Positions 13,049 to 26,005 of a stretch of 64,000 bases of DNA are shown here, piece by piece. Position 1 is the first letter of the stretch. Each line of letters begins with the position of its first letter. The translations under genes were made by a program, and so were the position numbers. The notes beneath the pieces were generated by a model. That model did not search any database. It saw only the letters and a program-made list of their open reading frames with translations, and was not told the origin of the DNA. The stretch comes from Eledone cirrhosa (lineage: Eukaryota): assembly GCA_964016885.1 (NCBI GenBank), contig OZ024746.1:85560001-85624000 (forward strand). The letters run 5' to 3'.

Positions 13049-13857
13049 GCAGTCTTACTACACTTCTGTCTCTTTCTCTAATGCTGGTCTTTATTCTTCT
13101 TTCACTGTGACACCCTTTCATCTTCCATCTTTTCTCTTATCTTTCCATTCCTCTTAGTATCATGTTTGTCTTTCTCACTCTGTTTCTACACATGTGCATA
13201 CATGTGTTTGTATGTTTTGTTTTATAAGGTGATATGTATGAATATCATCATCATTGTTTTTACGTTTCTTTTTCTATGCTGACACTGTTGCTAGCCCTTT
13301 TAGTACACAGTGTACCTGTTCTAAAACTGGGATCATCGTCATCACTGTTTAACATCCATTTTTCCACGCTGGCATGGGTTAGACAAGTTATCCTGTTGTG
13401 AGCAATGCTAGGTCAAGGGACCATGTTATGTTCATACAGAACCAATTTTGGCTTGGTTTCTACAGCTGGATGCCCTTTCTAGCGCCAACCTCATTTACAG
13501 TGAGTACTGTCGTGATGCCTACATAACCACTTCACAGTGTGGACTGGGTGCTTTTTGCCGTGACATATACACGAGCACTTTACATTATGAGTTGAGTGTT
13601 GACTGACATAAAATGGTGTCTCACTCTACAGTGGCAGCATTACTCTGAGATTTAATGATTTGTGGCTTGTGTAAATTTTATGTTTATATATAGCTCAAAT
13701 GCAGAACCGAACTACTGCAGTAGACTGGATCTGAATTAAAAAAACTGAAGCACTGGACTACAAGCCAGTGCATAAGGTCTTCAGTTCAAATTTATTGCAG
13801 TTGTTTGACTAGTTAGGACACCTATAATTGTCTGGCAAGAGCCTGCTTTTCACAGAA

Positions 13858-14073
13858 TTAACCCTTTAGCATTTAAACCAGCTGTATCCGGCCAGAATTC
13901 TGTCACTTCTTTCTGTCAAACCAGCTGTAACCAGCTGCTCATACTGATGTCAAGGTATTGTTTTCAAAATAAATAATAGATTCTCATAGATTCGATATTA
14001 TGTGGGATAACTATGTGAGATAAAGCCTTTACCATGAAAATACAATAGAGTAATGTAAATACTAAAGGGTTAA
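13858..14073 (+). mobile_element. piggyBac-type MITE (TTAA flanks, TIR CCCTTTAGCATTTA)
   Basis: TTAA-CCCTTTAGCATTTA...TAAATACTAAAGGG-TTAA. Family copies at ~230-365, ~6096-6310, 25650-26005, 48418-48614 and 49690-49918. Confidence 0.85.
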
Positions 14074-14200
14074 ACTCGTATTGTTTTTTTATATTCTTTT
14101 ACTGGTTATAGTCATTGAACTCTGGGCTATACTGGAGCACTACTTTCAAGAGTTTTAGTCAACCATATTGTCCTCGATACATATTTCACTCTGGTACTAT

Positions 14201-14237
<37 letters not shown>

Positions 14238-15954
14238 TAATAATAGTAAGAGAAGAGGAAGGCGTCTTCCAAATGAGTAGCTACATTGTACAGTAAAATT
14301 TGCTTCATTCAACTGCCATTGTCATTCAACTGACATGTTTTTTCTTGTTCTCATCTTCATCAGTTATCATCATCATCAATCTTCTTCTCCTTTTCCTTTT
14401 CATTAACATAAAGAAAGAATTATTATTATTGTTTCAATAACAATCATTATTACCTGTATCCTTGATAGCCAATTAAACTAAACACCCACCAAAACCACCA
14501 TCATCACCATCATCATCATCATCCTCACTGCCCTTTCTTTTCCTCTCCTACCTCTTCACATAACCGATAATTCTAAAGAAATTGATTTCATATATAAATA
14601 ACATTGTTTGATTAGTTTTATTTGGACTGTGTCTCCTCCTATATGGGCTCTCCTACATAACCTGGCTTTCTACTATTGGTTGGCATACATAAACTTTACA
14701 TCCTCAGTTGTGGTCTTGTCTTGTGTTGCCATGTCTTTAAATTCAATATTGTGTGTGTTTCAGTGTTTGCATACATTGAATGTTCTTGGTATATTGTATA
14801 CATGATATATTGTATACATTGTGTTGTTTGTTGCATGTATCTATGTAGATATAATGGTTTCTAATCTAGGCACAATTTGTGGGGATAGGAAAGTCGATTA
14901 TATTGACCCTAGTACTTAACTGGTACTTCATTTTATCAATTCCAGAAAGGATGAAAGGGTTGACATCAGCAGGATTTGAACTCAGAATGTTGAAAGTTAA
15001 ACTAACCATTCTGTTCTCACATTCTCACATCAACATACTATTGTTTCATCAAGACCAGGTCATGTATTAAAATAGTTGATACCCTTTTCTGTACAGAGTA
15101 TTTACTACAAATACATGTGTATGTTTTAAGGCATCCATTATCATGGAGAGAATTCTATCATTTATATACTAGCTCATATAAGATACTTCACATAGTGTAT
15201 ACAATTGTTTATGATGGTAATTTAAAATGTATGTGTGTGTGTGTGTGTGTGTGTGTACTTTTGTGCCATGACTATCCTGCTTTATTTTATTTTTATGACA
15301 GTGGAGTTCATGGCACTTGACTGCTATTTCTGGCAGGTAGAACATTCACACAGACTTCCTTGTTGGTCTATAGTGTACTTATGTGTGTTTAGTTGAATAT
15401 GCAGGTATGGCTGAATGGTTAAGAAGTGTTTTGCAATCATGCCTCAGGTTCAAGCCCACTGCAGGGCATTTGAGTCTTTTATCATTGCCTCAGATTGATC
15501 CAAACTTTATTGGTGAAATTGGATAGATGGAAACAGTGGAAGCTCACCAGTACTTGTCATTTAAAGGACCAGCCTTGACATTCACCATGTCTGTGGAAAT
15601 TCTCAGCCAGTTACATTATCATTTAATGAGCTGTCAGTTTACATGATCAAACAAGTGGAATACTCATTGGGGAAATTGAAGGAGATCAATTCACTTCACA
15701 TACACACATACATACATACTGATGATGGTGATATATATTGCATTACTCTCAATGGATAATCTCTCTTAGATATTTATGCATGTACGTGTGTGTTTGGCAT
15801 TAGGAAGGGCATCCAGTCATAGAAACCAATTTAAAACAAAGTGTGTGAGCAAGACCTAGTCACCTGATTAGTCTGACCTCAGTACATAACAGCTGCCTAA
15901 CCCATTTGACCATGGGAAATAGACATTAAAGAGTGATATATATATATATATATA

Positions 15955-16345
15955 TATCATCATCATCATCATCAACGTTTAACGTCCGTGTTCCACGCTT
16001 GCATGGGTTTGGACGGGGGTAGTCCCACTTGAGGCAAGAGTGATTGTCTTGCTCGCATAGGACTGTCTGGCAGGTTTTCTACAGTTGGATGCCCTTCCTA
16101 ACACCAACCACATTTACAGTGTGGGTCTGGGAGGTTTTTACCGTGTTGCCTACACGGCCACATTACAGCGTGGACTGTGTGTTTTTTTGTCGTGACACCT
16201 ACACGATCTCATTTGTTTCGGCCTCGATGGCGCGGCACCAACATAACTTTACATAGAACGGGGTGGTGTGGATGGGGTGGGGGTGGAGGTGGTGGGACGG
16301 GGTGTATTTTGTTAGAGATGCCTACTGGCTGGAGTAGGTTTTACT
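15955..16345 (-). mobile_element. Non-coding 3' module of the same RTE-associated family, nearly identical to 8445-8835
   Basis: Direct comparison by eye shows only a few differences over ~390 bp. Confidence 0.85.
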
Positions 16346-16361
16346 TATATATATATATATA

Positions 16362-16690
16362 TAAGGCCGATAATTTTCAAAAAGCATATACGTTGCAGTA
16401 GAAAAATAAAAGGGCAAATTATGACAAATAAAACAAAATAAAGTAATGTTTTACCCAGTGTATTTCAATATGATATTTCAGGGCTAATACCCTCTTTTCA
16501 AATGTGGAGCTGAAACAGTTCAAAAAACAAAATGAACAATCAAATGTTTTTCCTTAACTGGCCTACATGCCTGTAATATGCATGCATGAGGTTGTTATAG
16601 TGACCAGTCTGCCCTGTGCATTTCCAATCTATTATTTATCTCTGGTTTATTACGGTTGATGATAATGGCCTCTTTGATTTTTAAATTGCC
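16362..16690 (-). mobile_element. Penelope-like element 3' fragment: GIY-YIG endonuclease C-terminus plus degenerate hammerhead
   Basis: Minus strand ~16681-16595 reads KIKEAIIINRNKPEINNRLEMHRADWSL*, matching the ExxxIxxxxPxLN motif. It is followed by TTGAAAA G AGGG-TATTAG-CCCT GAAATATCAT at 16466-16504 and ends in (TA)n. Confidence 0.6.
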
Positions 16691-17744
16691 TATATTAACT
16701 ACACTACTGTGTGTGTCTATATATATATATATGTGTGTGTGTATAACAACACAATGGACACATGCATTGCTGAGTGGTTAAGCCACTTACTTCACAGTCT
16801 TTAGGTTATTTGTTCAATCCCACTGTGTTGCATGTTGAATGGTCTTTAATACCATAGCCAGGCCAGATTGATCAAAACCTGTGGCTGAAAAGGCACAAGT
16901 GGAAACCCTGTGGAGGGTGATCTAATGGATTGAACCTGTAATTCAAAGAGCCAGCCTTATCGCATTCTGTGCCACACCTTTCCTGCTTGAGAGTTATGCT
17001 AATGGTACATGTGTCTGTGGAATGCTCAAGCACTTACATGTTAGTTACATGAGTAGGCAGAGTGAACAGCTGGAAAACTCATCTTTGAAACTGGTGAAGA
17101 TCCGTTTATGTCACTTCATGTGTACACACACACTCACACACACACTCTCTCTCTCTAAGACCCTCAATCTCTTTCACTCTCTGACAAATGTTTATGCTTG
17201 CATCTGTGTATATGTATATATATATACACATGCATGCATACACATACATGCGCACACACACACACTGTAAGACTCAATCTGTTTCATTCTCTGATATGTT
17301 TATGCATGCATCTGTCTACATATATACACATGCATGCATCTGTGCACATATATACACATACATGCACACACATTTATATACACATGCACACGCACATGCA
17401 AAGTAGTTGTATGTGTTGATTTTTCAATAGCTTCCATATGGTGTTATTTTCTATCTATGTTATTTTCTATCTATGTTTGAGTTGTACAAGTCATTTCCTC
17501 TGCCTCTGTCAAATCTGTGTGCATATGTCTGTATAAAGGAAACACGCTTTAAAAATATGAAAAGACACTTTGTTGTGTTTTCAAGGCAATATGTATTTAA
17601 AAGCAAATCCGCTGATTTTGTAGAAATTGTGTATGTGAGTATATGTATGTGTGTGTATGTTTGTGTGTGTGTGATATGTATGTTATGTGTCTGCTTGTGT
17701 GTCGATATGTCTCTGTACTTCTTTATGTGTCATTGTCAATTTGT

Positions 17745-17988
17745 ATGTCACGACAAAAAAACACACAGTCCACGCTGTAATGTGGCCGTGTAGGCAACAC
17801 GGTAAAAACCTCCCAGACCCACACTGTAAATGTGGTTGGTGTTAGGAAGGGCATCCAACTGTAGAAAACCTGCCAGACAGTCCTATGCGAGCAAGACAAT
17901 CACTCTTGCCTCAAGTGGGACTACCCCCGTCCAAACCCATGCAAGCGTGGAACACGGACGTTAAACGTTGATGATGATGATGATGATA
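17745..17988 (+). mobile_element. Plus-strand copy of the ggaagggcatcc/(GAT)n module
   Basis: Reverse complement of ~15955-16197. Confidence 0.85.
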
Positions 17989-18022
17989 TATATATATGTT
18001 TCTTTATGTATCTGAGTGTGTG

Positions 18023-18684
18023 TATCATCATCATCATCATCGTTTAACGTCCATCTTCCACGCTTGCTTGGGTTTAGATGGGAATTGTCCCACTTGAGGC
18101 AAGATTGGTTGTCTTGCTCGTATAGGACTGTCTGGCGGGTTTTCTACGGCTGGATGCCCTTCCTATCACCAACCACGTTTACAGTGTGGAACTGGGAGGT
18201 TTTTACCGTGTTACCTACATGGCCACATTACAGCGTGGACTGTGTGTTTTTTTGTCGTGACACATACACGACCTCATTTATTTCGGACTGGATGTTGTGG
18301 TACCAACATAACTTCACATCGAAAGGGGTAGTGTGGATGGGGTGGGGGTAGTGGGACGGGGGTGTATTTTTGTTAAGAGGTGCCTACTGACTGTAGGTTT
18401 CGCTTTGTACTTAGGCAAGGCGGGTCTTCTGTATTACTGTGTAGCGCAAAAGATCTGTCTAGTGACATTGTCTTGGAGAGGTGTAAGTGTGTGAGGTCGG
18501 AATTTATCAAGTCGTCCCAGGTTTTTCTGGGTCTGCCTACTCCGTGGTCTATTTTTATCGCCCTGCACTTTTTTATACAGCTGTCGTCTTTCATGCGCAT
18601 CATGTGACCATACCAACGTAGCCTTCTCTCGAGTAAACAACATCTGATCCCTCTTATTCCTAATTTCTCCCTTAGTTCATTTAG

Positions 18685-18685
<1 letters not shown>
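18023..18685 (-). mobile_element. 5'-truncated RTE-family 3' end
   Basis: MRMKDDSCIKKCRAIKIDHGVGRPRKTWDDLINSDL plus the same 3' module. Further diverged copies at ~13335-13580, 23570-23826 and 28333-28598. Confidence 0.85.
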
Positions 18686-18720
<35 letters not shown>

Positions 18721-20272
18721 TGTTGTTTACCATGAAGTCAGCTCTAATCGAGCTTAACTATGTTAAGTATTCCAGGCATGACCATCATGTCTTTTATTCA
18801 GATATTATGTATCATCATCATCCTTCTGTCTTCTTTGCTAGCATGGTTAGGTTAAAAAAGTTAAAAGTCAGTTCCAAACCTGAATGCTAATCAGACCAAA
18901 GCTTATCCTGGTTTAATTGGCCTTAAGTGACTGAGAGTACACGATTCCTACCCTTTGGATCAGATGCCAGTCCTTTGCAAGATTAATTCCCCAGCTGCTG
19001 CTGGTATTCATTTTCAGCTGAGTTGTCTAGAGCAACAGAAATGAAGTGGTTCATTCAAGAATACAATATGCCACTCAGTCTGAGTATTGAACCCATGACA
19101 TTATGATCATAAACTGAACGCCATAACCACATGGCTGCAAGCCTTCAGTTCAGTCATATAGTACTGACTGCATTATATATATTGTTTTACTTTAAGACAA
19201 CGCTACAGTGTCATAAAAGGGGAAATGTGACTGTTTTTTGTGTATCTATGTTTTATGTGTCAGTGTTTATATATGCACGTGATATGAACAAATATTTTCC
19301 TCAACGCTTATCTTCTTGACTTTTTCATTTTATTAAAAGCTTTCCCCAACACACACACACACTCTCACAGATACATGCAGGTTTTCATTTACACACTTAT
19401 AATACATACATTGTCACTTTCATAGAAAATCTGACGTTAGATTGATGATGATGCAGTCACAAAAATTAATTCACTGTTGAGAATACTTAAGTACACTCAC
19501 ACTGTTTCTCATGCACATGAGCACATATATTCATACATGTGCACACACCCACATATGTAAATTCATATCTGTGCACACTCACCGATATTTAGTACACACT
19601 TTACTTATATGAACTGTGTCTGTCTGTATGTATGTATGTATGTATGTATGTCAGGTCACCACTTGGTGCTACTGGTAACATGTATTCCAGTACAACCTGT
19701 CCCATGGTCGGGTCATTGGCGACTAAACTGACAACCCCACTAAGGTTTCTTGCTGAGGAGGGTGACTTTGGACATCCTGCAGGACTAAAAACAAAACCTG
19801 TCAAAGGGCAAAGGAGCTCTTAAGAGTCAATGGCCATCCAAAATCACCGGGAGAGATGACCCCTTAGCCTTTGTCAAGGCAGAATTCTAGGAGAAGGAAA
19901 ACTCTGATATAACACCTGCAACTCTGATGGTATCCAATGATGTTGACTTGTTCTTCTTTTTGGTAAATATCATCTTGGTTAAGAGAGTGGGACTGGCTTT
20001 GTGCAGTGCCTTTGCTCACTATAAAAGCTTCACGGCACAGGCATTGCTTTATATCTGGAGATCTCTCTGCACTTGTCGTCACATGGTACCATGGGCCTAG
20101 CACTATGGGTCAATAATTGTCACAAGTGTAGTGTTTGTACCAGAGTTTTCAAGTCGCTGGCTGGACTAAAGTCACATTCGTTCAGCGCATCGGTAGGAGT
20201 TCTCCGACATGGATATAAAGTAGTGGCCATACTCGAAAACGAGTTGGCAGCCACCATGTATGTATGTATGTA

Positions 20273-20327
<55 letters not shown>

Positions 20328-21694
20328 GAAATCTGCTGTATGTTCACAGAATATGAAAAGCTGTTTATTTGATAGGAAATGTTTGAGCTGGATGGACATC
20401 CTAGCTACTATTAACAAGGAGCCTTCATAATCTCATACACCTCTCTCTCACATATATAATTCATGGAGTATATATCTTCATGTTCCTTTCATATTTCTAA
20501 TAAATCATGTATCTTTTCCTAAGCACAGATGTTTTTTCCTGCCATTTTTTTTCTTTCTTTAAGATAGAGGGGTATGATTTCAGTGTGACTTAGCTGTGAT
20601 TTCTAGTGGGTTAAGCAACAACTAGAAACTCCATCAGGGTCTCAATGATGTAATTAATTGTTTGGGGTGAATGGAGTACAGTATAAGGGCTGGAATATGA
20701 GATAATGAGTGGCTGAGTTAATAGAGAGTGGACAATCAACAGATAAACATGATATTCATATCCTGTCACCACTGCTTGCCTTGTCTCTCTCAGACTGCCA
20801 TGACACTTAACTCATAGATAAGCAGGTCAAGCTAACTTAATATTTTATGGACAGTATCTTGCAAGCTTGGAGAAATAGCTGTAAAAAGGACAATGATGAT
20901 TAGTATTATTGGTTATAGCATTCTAATAAGCCAATTGCTGATTCATTTATGACATGGGTAAGAAGGAAGTTTCGATTTATTTTTTGTGAAATATGTATCA
21001 TAAGCAAATTGTTGTTCAAATGAACTGGTTTATTGTTCTTTTTGCCATTGTGTACACCTTTCACCAAAATATTTACATTGGGTTGTCTATTTACATTGGG
21101 TTGTCTTAGCATAGTGGTTCTGTGTTGTTGTCTGGTATGCAGCAAGTGCATGGTTCGATTTCTGTAAACAGTACCATCACCTTTTTATATATTTAGCTTG
21201 TATGTAAATTTGCCATTTAAGTTTATCATAAAAATCTTAACCATTATGTTATATATATATAACCAAATGTAAAAGATATATGTATATATAGAGAAAGAGC
21301 CATATAGCGAATAAGAAACACAGTATATTGTATATATATATACCAAATACATATTCTATAGAAGAATATGTACACAGGTGAAATCATAAGAGAAACTTTA
21401 TAGTGCTATTTATACCTGAGAGTGTAGCTAAAAATCAATCTATGTAAACGATCATTGAAGTAATCATGCCATGAAACCAGGATAAGCACCAGCTCAACAT
21501 GCTGGTGCACGAGGGCATACATGCATGCAAAGGATACAGCTAAGGATCTCTCCAGAACAAACATTAAATAAACAGATTTTTTTTAAATGACATATAACAT
21601 TTTCAATGTTTTACTGATTCTGCCATCCACCAGAACTTTTCATTCCAAAAACAGTATGAAGAAGACTTTATGTATTCAACATTGTCTTTTGCAG

Positions 21695-21874
21695 ATATTT
21701 GATGTAGTTTTAAATGGAGAACACACTGTAGTAGATGAACTTGATATTTTTGCCAAAGTTGGAAGAGGTGTAGCACATGATGAGATGTTGGTGTTTTCAG
21801 TGAAAAATGGTAAAGTCAAAGTAAATGGAGAAACATCACAAATTGATGGTAAAATTACTGTGGAGTTTATTAAG
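21695..21874 (+). CDS. MLEC: Malectin, internal coding exon (lectin domain): IFDVVLNGEHTVVDELDIFAKVGRGVAHDEMLVFSVKNGKVKVNGETSQIDGKITVEFIK
   Basis: Acceptor ttttgcag| and donor AAG|gtaaat; 180 nt, phase 0/0. The peptide matches recalled vertebrate malectin [29 protein letters not shown]...GKLYIEFVK. Confidence 0.95.
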
Positions 21875-24291
21875 GTAAATAGACTTTTTTTTAATATTGA
21901 ATTATTTTTTTAAATATTTGATTAAGTTCACCTATTATATTACTGGTAAGAGAAAAAAATTAACAAATGACTGCAGCAATGATGATAAAATCTCATACTT
22001 TTCTTCTCATTGCATATGAATTTAATTCTATTTTATTTTAGGAGCTTACTAAATTGTTTTTCACTAAAACCCATACTACTATCACCAAAAATGCATCCAG
22101 CATACCCTGTAAGATAGTTGATATTAGGAAGGGCATCCAACCATAGCAATCATGCCAAATATGAAATGTAATGAGCAAGATTGGTTGCTCCAACCTGTAT
22201 GGTCTCTGACTGCAACAATCCATCCAACTCATTTCATTGTGGAAAGGGGACATAAAATGATGATGGTGATATCAGAGCTCACTTCTTGTTTCCTAGCTAG
22301 CTTTTATGTCACTATCAACTAAAAATAACAGCCAAATCTTTCTCAAATCATACCCTACTGTCTCAAAAAAAAGAGGGGTGGGAGGACATATTGGATATAT
22401 AGTCTTTTGGAACTGAGTTGACCTGAAGCTAATCAACAACATCACTAATTTTTTTGTATTCTAGTATTTTACTTTATAGTTTACAGTAATGGGTTCTTGA
22501 TTCAAATAATTCATGTTTATGTCTGTTTTCCACCCTTGCATGGATTAGACCAAGGCCATGACTTAAACTGGTTTCATGTGGCATTAAGTAACTGAAATGG
22601 GCAGTGAGTTGGCAGAATGGCAAAAACATTAGATAGAATGTTTGGTAATATTTGTTCTAAGTTCAACTTTGCTTTTCCAGCCTTTTCAGGTTGATAGAAA
22701 AAGTACTAGTCCAATACAAGGGTCAATTCTTTCTCTATAGCTCTTTCTTCTTCTCTGGAAGAATTTGCCTGTGTTCAGACATGACAGTGCTCCTACAATT
22801 CCATCAGGAGTTATGTGTCCATACATACATAGGCAATTGAAATCACAGGACTGGGTGGGATGCCAGTCTATTACAGGTTTAATCCACTGCTGCTACTAGT
22901 TCTCTTTTCTAGTTAAATTAATGTGAAGCAATGTGAAATGAAGTGTCTTGCTCAAGGATACAATGTACCACCTGGTTTGGAACTCAAACCCATGACGTTT
23001 ATGATCTTGATCCCAACACCTTAATCCCCAAGATTAGGCACTTTAACTTTGTATATTCCAGTACCAAATGCAAGTGATTAAGAAATAAGATACACATGAT
23101 AAACATTTTTGTTTTAAATTGTAAATCAAAACATTGTCATATATAGGCATTGAGGTGATAATATTAATCATAGGCTCAAAAGTGTGATATGTTTAAGTCT
23201 TAGCTGTCTAACTAAATATTGTTGTTGTTTTTTTTAATAAGTAGATTAAAATTAAAATAAAAAAACAAATAGTAGTAAGAACTAGTTTGAAGGAGTTTAA
23301 ATCCCACTGGAATGTAGTGTTGACTTTGTTATCCATCCTCTAGGGTTAATAAAATATGTGTAAATAATAACCTATGATCAATTTCATAATATCGAGGGAT
23401 TGGCTAGCTTGAATTAGGAGGAATGTAGAACATTCCTTAAAAAGGCAAATTTTTGTGTGTGCACATATATATGTATGTGAATATATATATACACACACAG
23501 AAGACCTGTCCCCCCACGGGTACAAGCCGAAGCTGAAGCATATAGACGATATGCCCTCCCACTGCAAAGTGGTCGTGGAGGGGCCACAGCAAAAAAGCAC
23601 CCAGCCCACACTGTAAAGTGGACGTGTAGGCGCCACGGAAAAAAAGCACCCAGCACTCACTTTAAATGAGGTTGGTGTTAGGAAGGGCATCCAGCTGTAG
23701 AAATCAAGCCAGAATCAGTTGCCGTATGAGCAAGGCATGGTTAGCCAACCGGCTACTGCCCACAACAGGACAACCCGTCTAACCCATGCTAGCGTAGAAG
23801 AACGGACGTAAAACGGTGATGATGATTATCAGCAACTATCTCCGAAGGCCCAGCTGCCTTGCCTGTCTCCATATCTTTGATTGCCTTACTTATACTACCT
23901 TTAACTTGATCGTTGGTCCTTCTATTCTATATGTATATATATATATGTGCAAAACAATCCTCAGAAAGACAGAAATGCACACACAGCATTAAAAAGTACA
24001 AACTGATACAGAAGAAAGAAAACAGTCCCTATTTATTCCTTGCTGATTACACTAAATAGCTTTTGCCAGTTTCATCTTATAAATGTCTTACTGGATAAAC
24101 TCACAGCATTACCTCCCCTAATGTCATATAAGGATTACTGACAAATACCAGTGAATAGCTATTTTTACTGTCTTAGGCTGTGCTTGTAAATTTCTAATTT
24201 ATATTAAAAAATGTTAACTATTTGAATTATTGCCTATCATTATCATCACTGTTTTACGTCCATTCTTCCACGCTAGCATGGCTTACCCGGG

Positions 24292-24336
<45 letters not shown>

Positions 24337-24545
24337 GACAGATTGAAGAATAACATGGTCGGCTGTACAAAAAGGGTTTTATTTCTAGAAATAAAACCCT
24401 TTTTGTATAGGAATTCTTGCAAACTCGCTACCTAACTATGGAAACCTCGTTTTGAGTCAAACAACGCCGTACGTTAAAACTATCCACAATACGGAGTACT
24501 CACAACCTCTAACTGGATTACCTATAACGATAACTTGTTATCCCA

Positions 24546-24581
<36 letters not shown>

Positions 24582-24672
24582 GATGTGTGTGTGTGTGTGT
24601 GTGTAATATATGTATATGAAACTATTTTTATCTCATGTGTTTGTTCTCTATTTTATCTGTCTTTTCTTCTAG

Positions 24673-24730
24673 GGTGACTCAGACAATCCGAAAATTAATG
24701 CCATTTATGTTATGAAGGGTACTTTAGATG
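24673..24730 (+). CDS. MLEC: Malectin, penultimate coding exon: GDSDNPKINAIYVMKGTLD
   Basis: Acceptor cttttcttctag| and donor G|gtaagt; 58 nt, phase 0/1. Matches malectin GYYDNPKVCALYIMAGTVD and keeps the conserved DNPK aspartate. Too short for the ORF track. Confidence 0.93.
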
Positions 24731-25649
24731 GTAAGTTGAGTAACAGTCATGTAACAACCAGTTTGTGGTTTCTAGTGCAAGCCTGACCACTTGCAATAAA
24801 AGCCTATCATTGAAATCAATTGCTATTACAAACACACACATATATTTCACTGACATTTACTTCTCATCAGAGCATAAAATATTTCTAGAATTACTATAGT
24901 AATTGTCATTCAGAAACAAATATTAAGTGTATATTGAGTATTTTTTTTTAGTTTTTATTTGTCCTTATAATTTAAATAGTTTTACTACATACACTTTTCC
25001 CCCAGACAGCTTTTTTTTAATGTATTAGTTACAAAGTTACTAAGACAACATCAAGCATAATATTACATTAGGTTGGCAAGCCTCTCAGCAAGGTTAGGTT
25101 GCAGAATTTTTTTATTTCTTTTTTTCGTACCCTAATGAATAAGGTTACATCTTTCATATTTTGTATGTTTTCTTATAGCTAGTCAGAGGAAAAAGGGCAA
25201 TGGCCTTGACCTTTAGCAGGTCTTTCGAATGTGGAAGGATGAGGGAAGGGTGTAGGAAACTACAGCTCATAAATTGCAGCAGTAGGAAGCAGCCCATTAT
25301 GATATCAAGTCGTTCACAAAATAGAGACCTGGTCCAATTATATGTGACAGTGTGGCCTCCACTAAGGGTATCCAAGAGTCAGGGAAGGGTTTAAACTGGA
25401 CAACAATTCTTTTTATGAATGCAATCAGTTGGGCTTCAGCTTAGTATCTGTCTACCAAATTTGAACTCACAAGAATTGGGTTGACATGAGTCTATGGTAG
25501 AAGGCACTTGCTAAAAATACTGTGCTGTGAGATTGAATCCAGAATCGTGATTGCAAAGCAAACTTCTTAACCACATGTAGAGAGACAGAAGTATGAAAGA
25601 AAAGGAGAAATTAGGGGATTATGAATTTATCATGCATCCACAAATGATA

Positions 25650-26005
25650 TTAACCCTTTAGCATTTAAACAGGCCATATCAGGCCAGAATTCTCTTACCT
25701 CCTTCTGTTCAAACTGGCCAGAACTGGCTGCTCATACTGATGTTAAGGTATTGTTCTTAAAATAACATCAAAATCTCATAGATTCAATATTATGTGAGAT
25801 AGTTATGTAAGATAAAGCTTTTACCACAAAAATACTAACCAACCTTAACTAGCCACTCATACTTATGTTAAGGTATTGTTCTTAAAATAAATATCAAAAT
25901 CTCATAGATTATTTGAGATATTATGTGAGATAAGTATGTGAGGTAAAGCCTTTACTGTGAAAATACAATAGTTAATATAGAATAATGTAAATGCTAATGG
26001 GTTAA
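25650..26005 (+). mobile_element. Same TTAA MITE family, with an internal ~125-bp tandem duplication
   Basis: TIRs at both ends; ctcatact..tgttaaggtattgttcttaaaataa occurs twice. Confidence 0.8.

Noticed and set aside
1-21694. Upstream malectin exons (signal peptide, AVNAGG, YQTERY, LKFAEVYF motifs)
   Set aside because: Not found by eye; presumably upstream of the window, although a short exon could have been missed.
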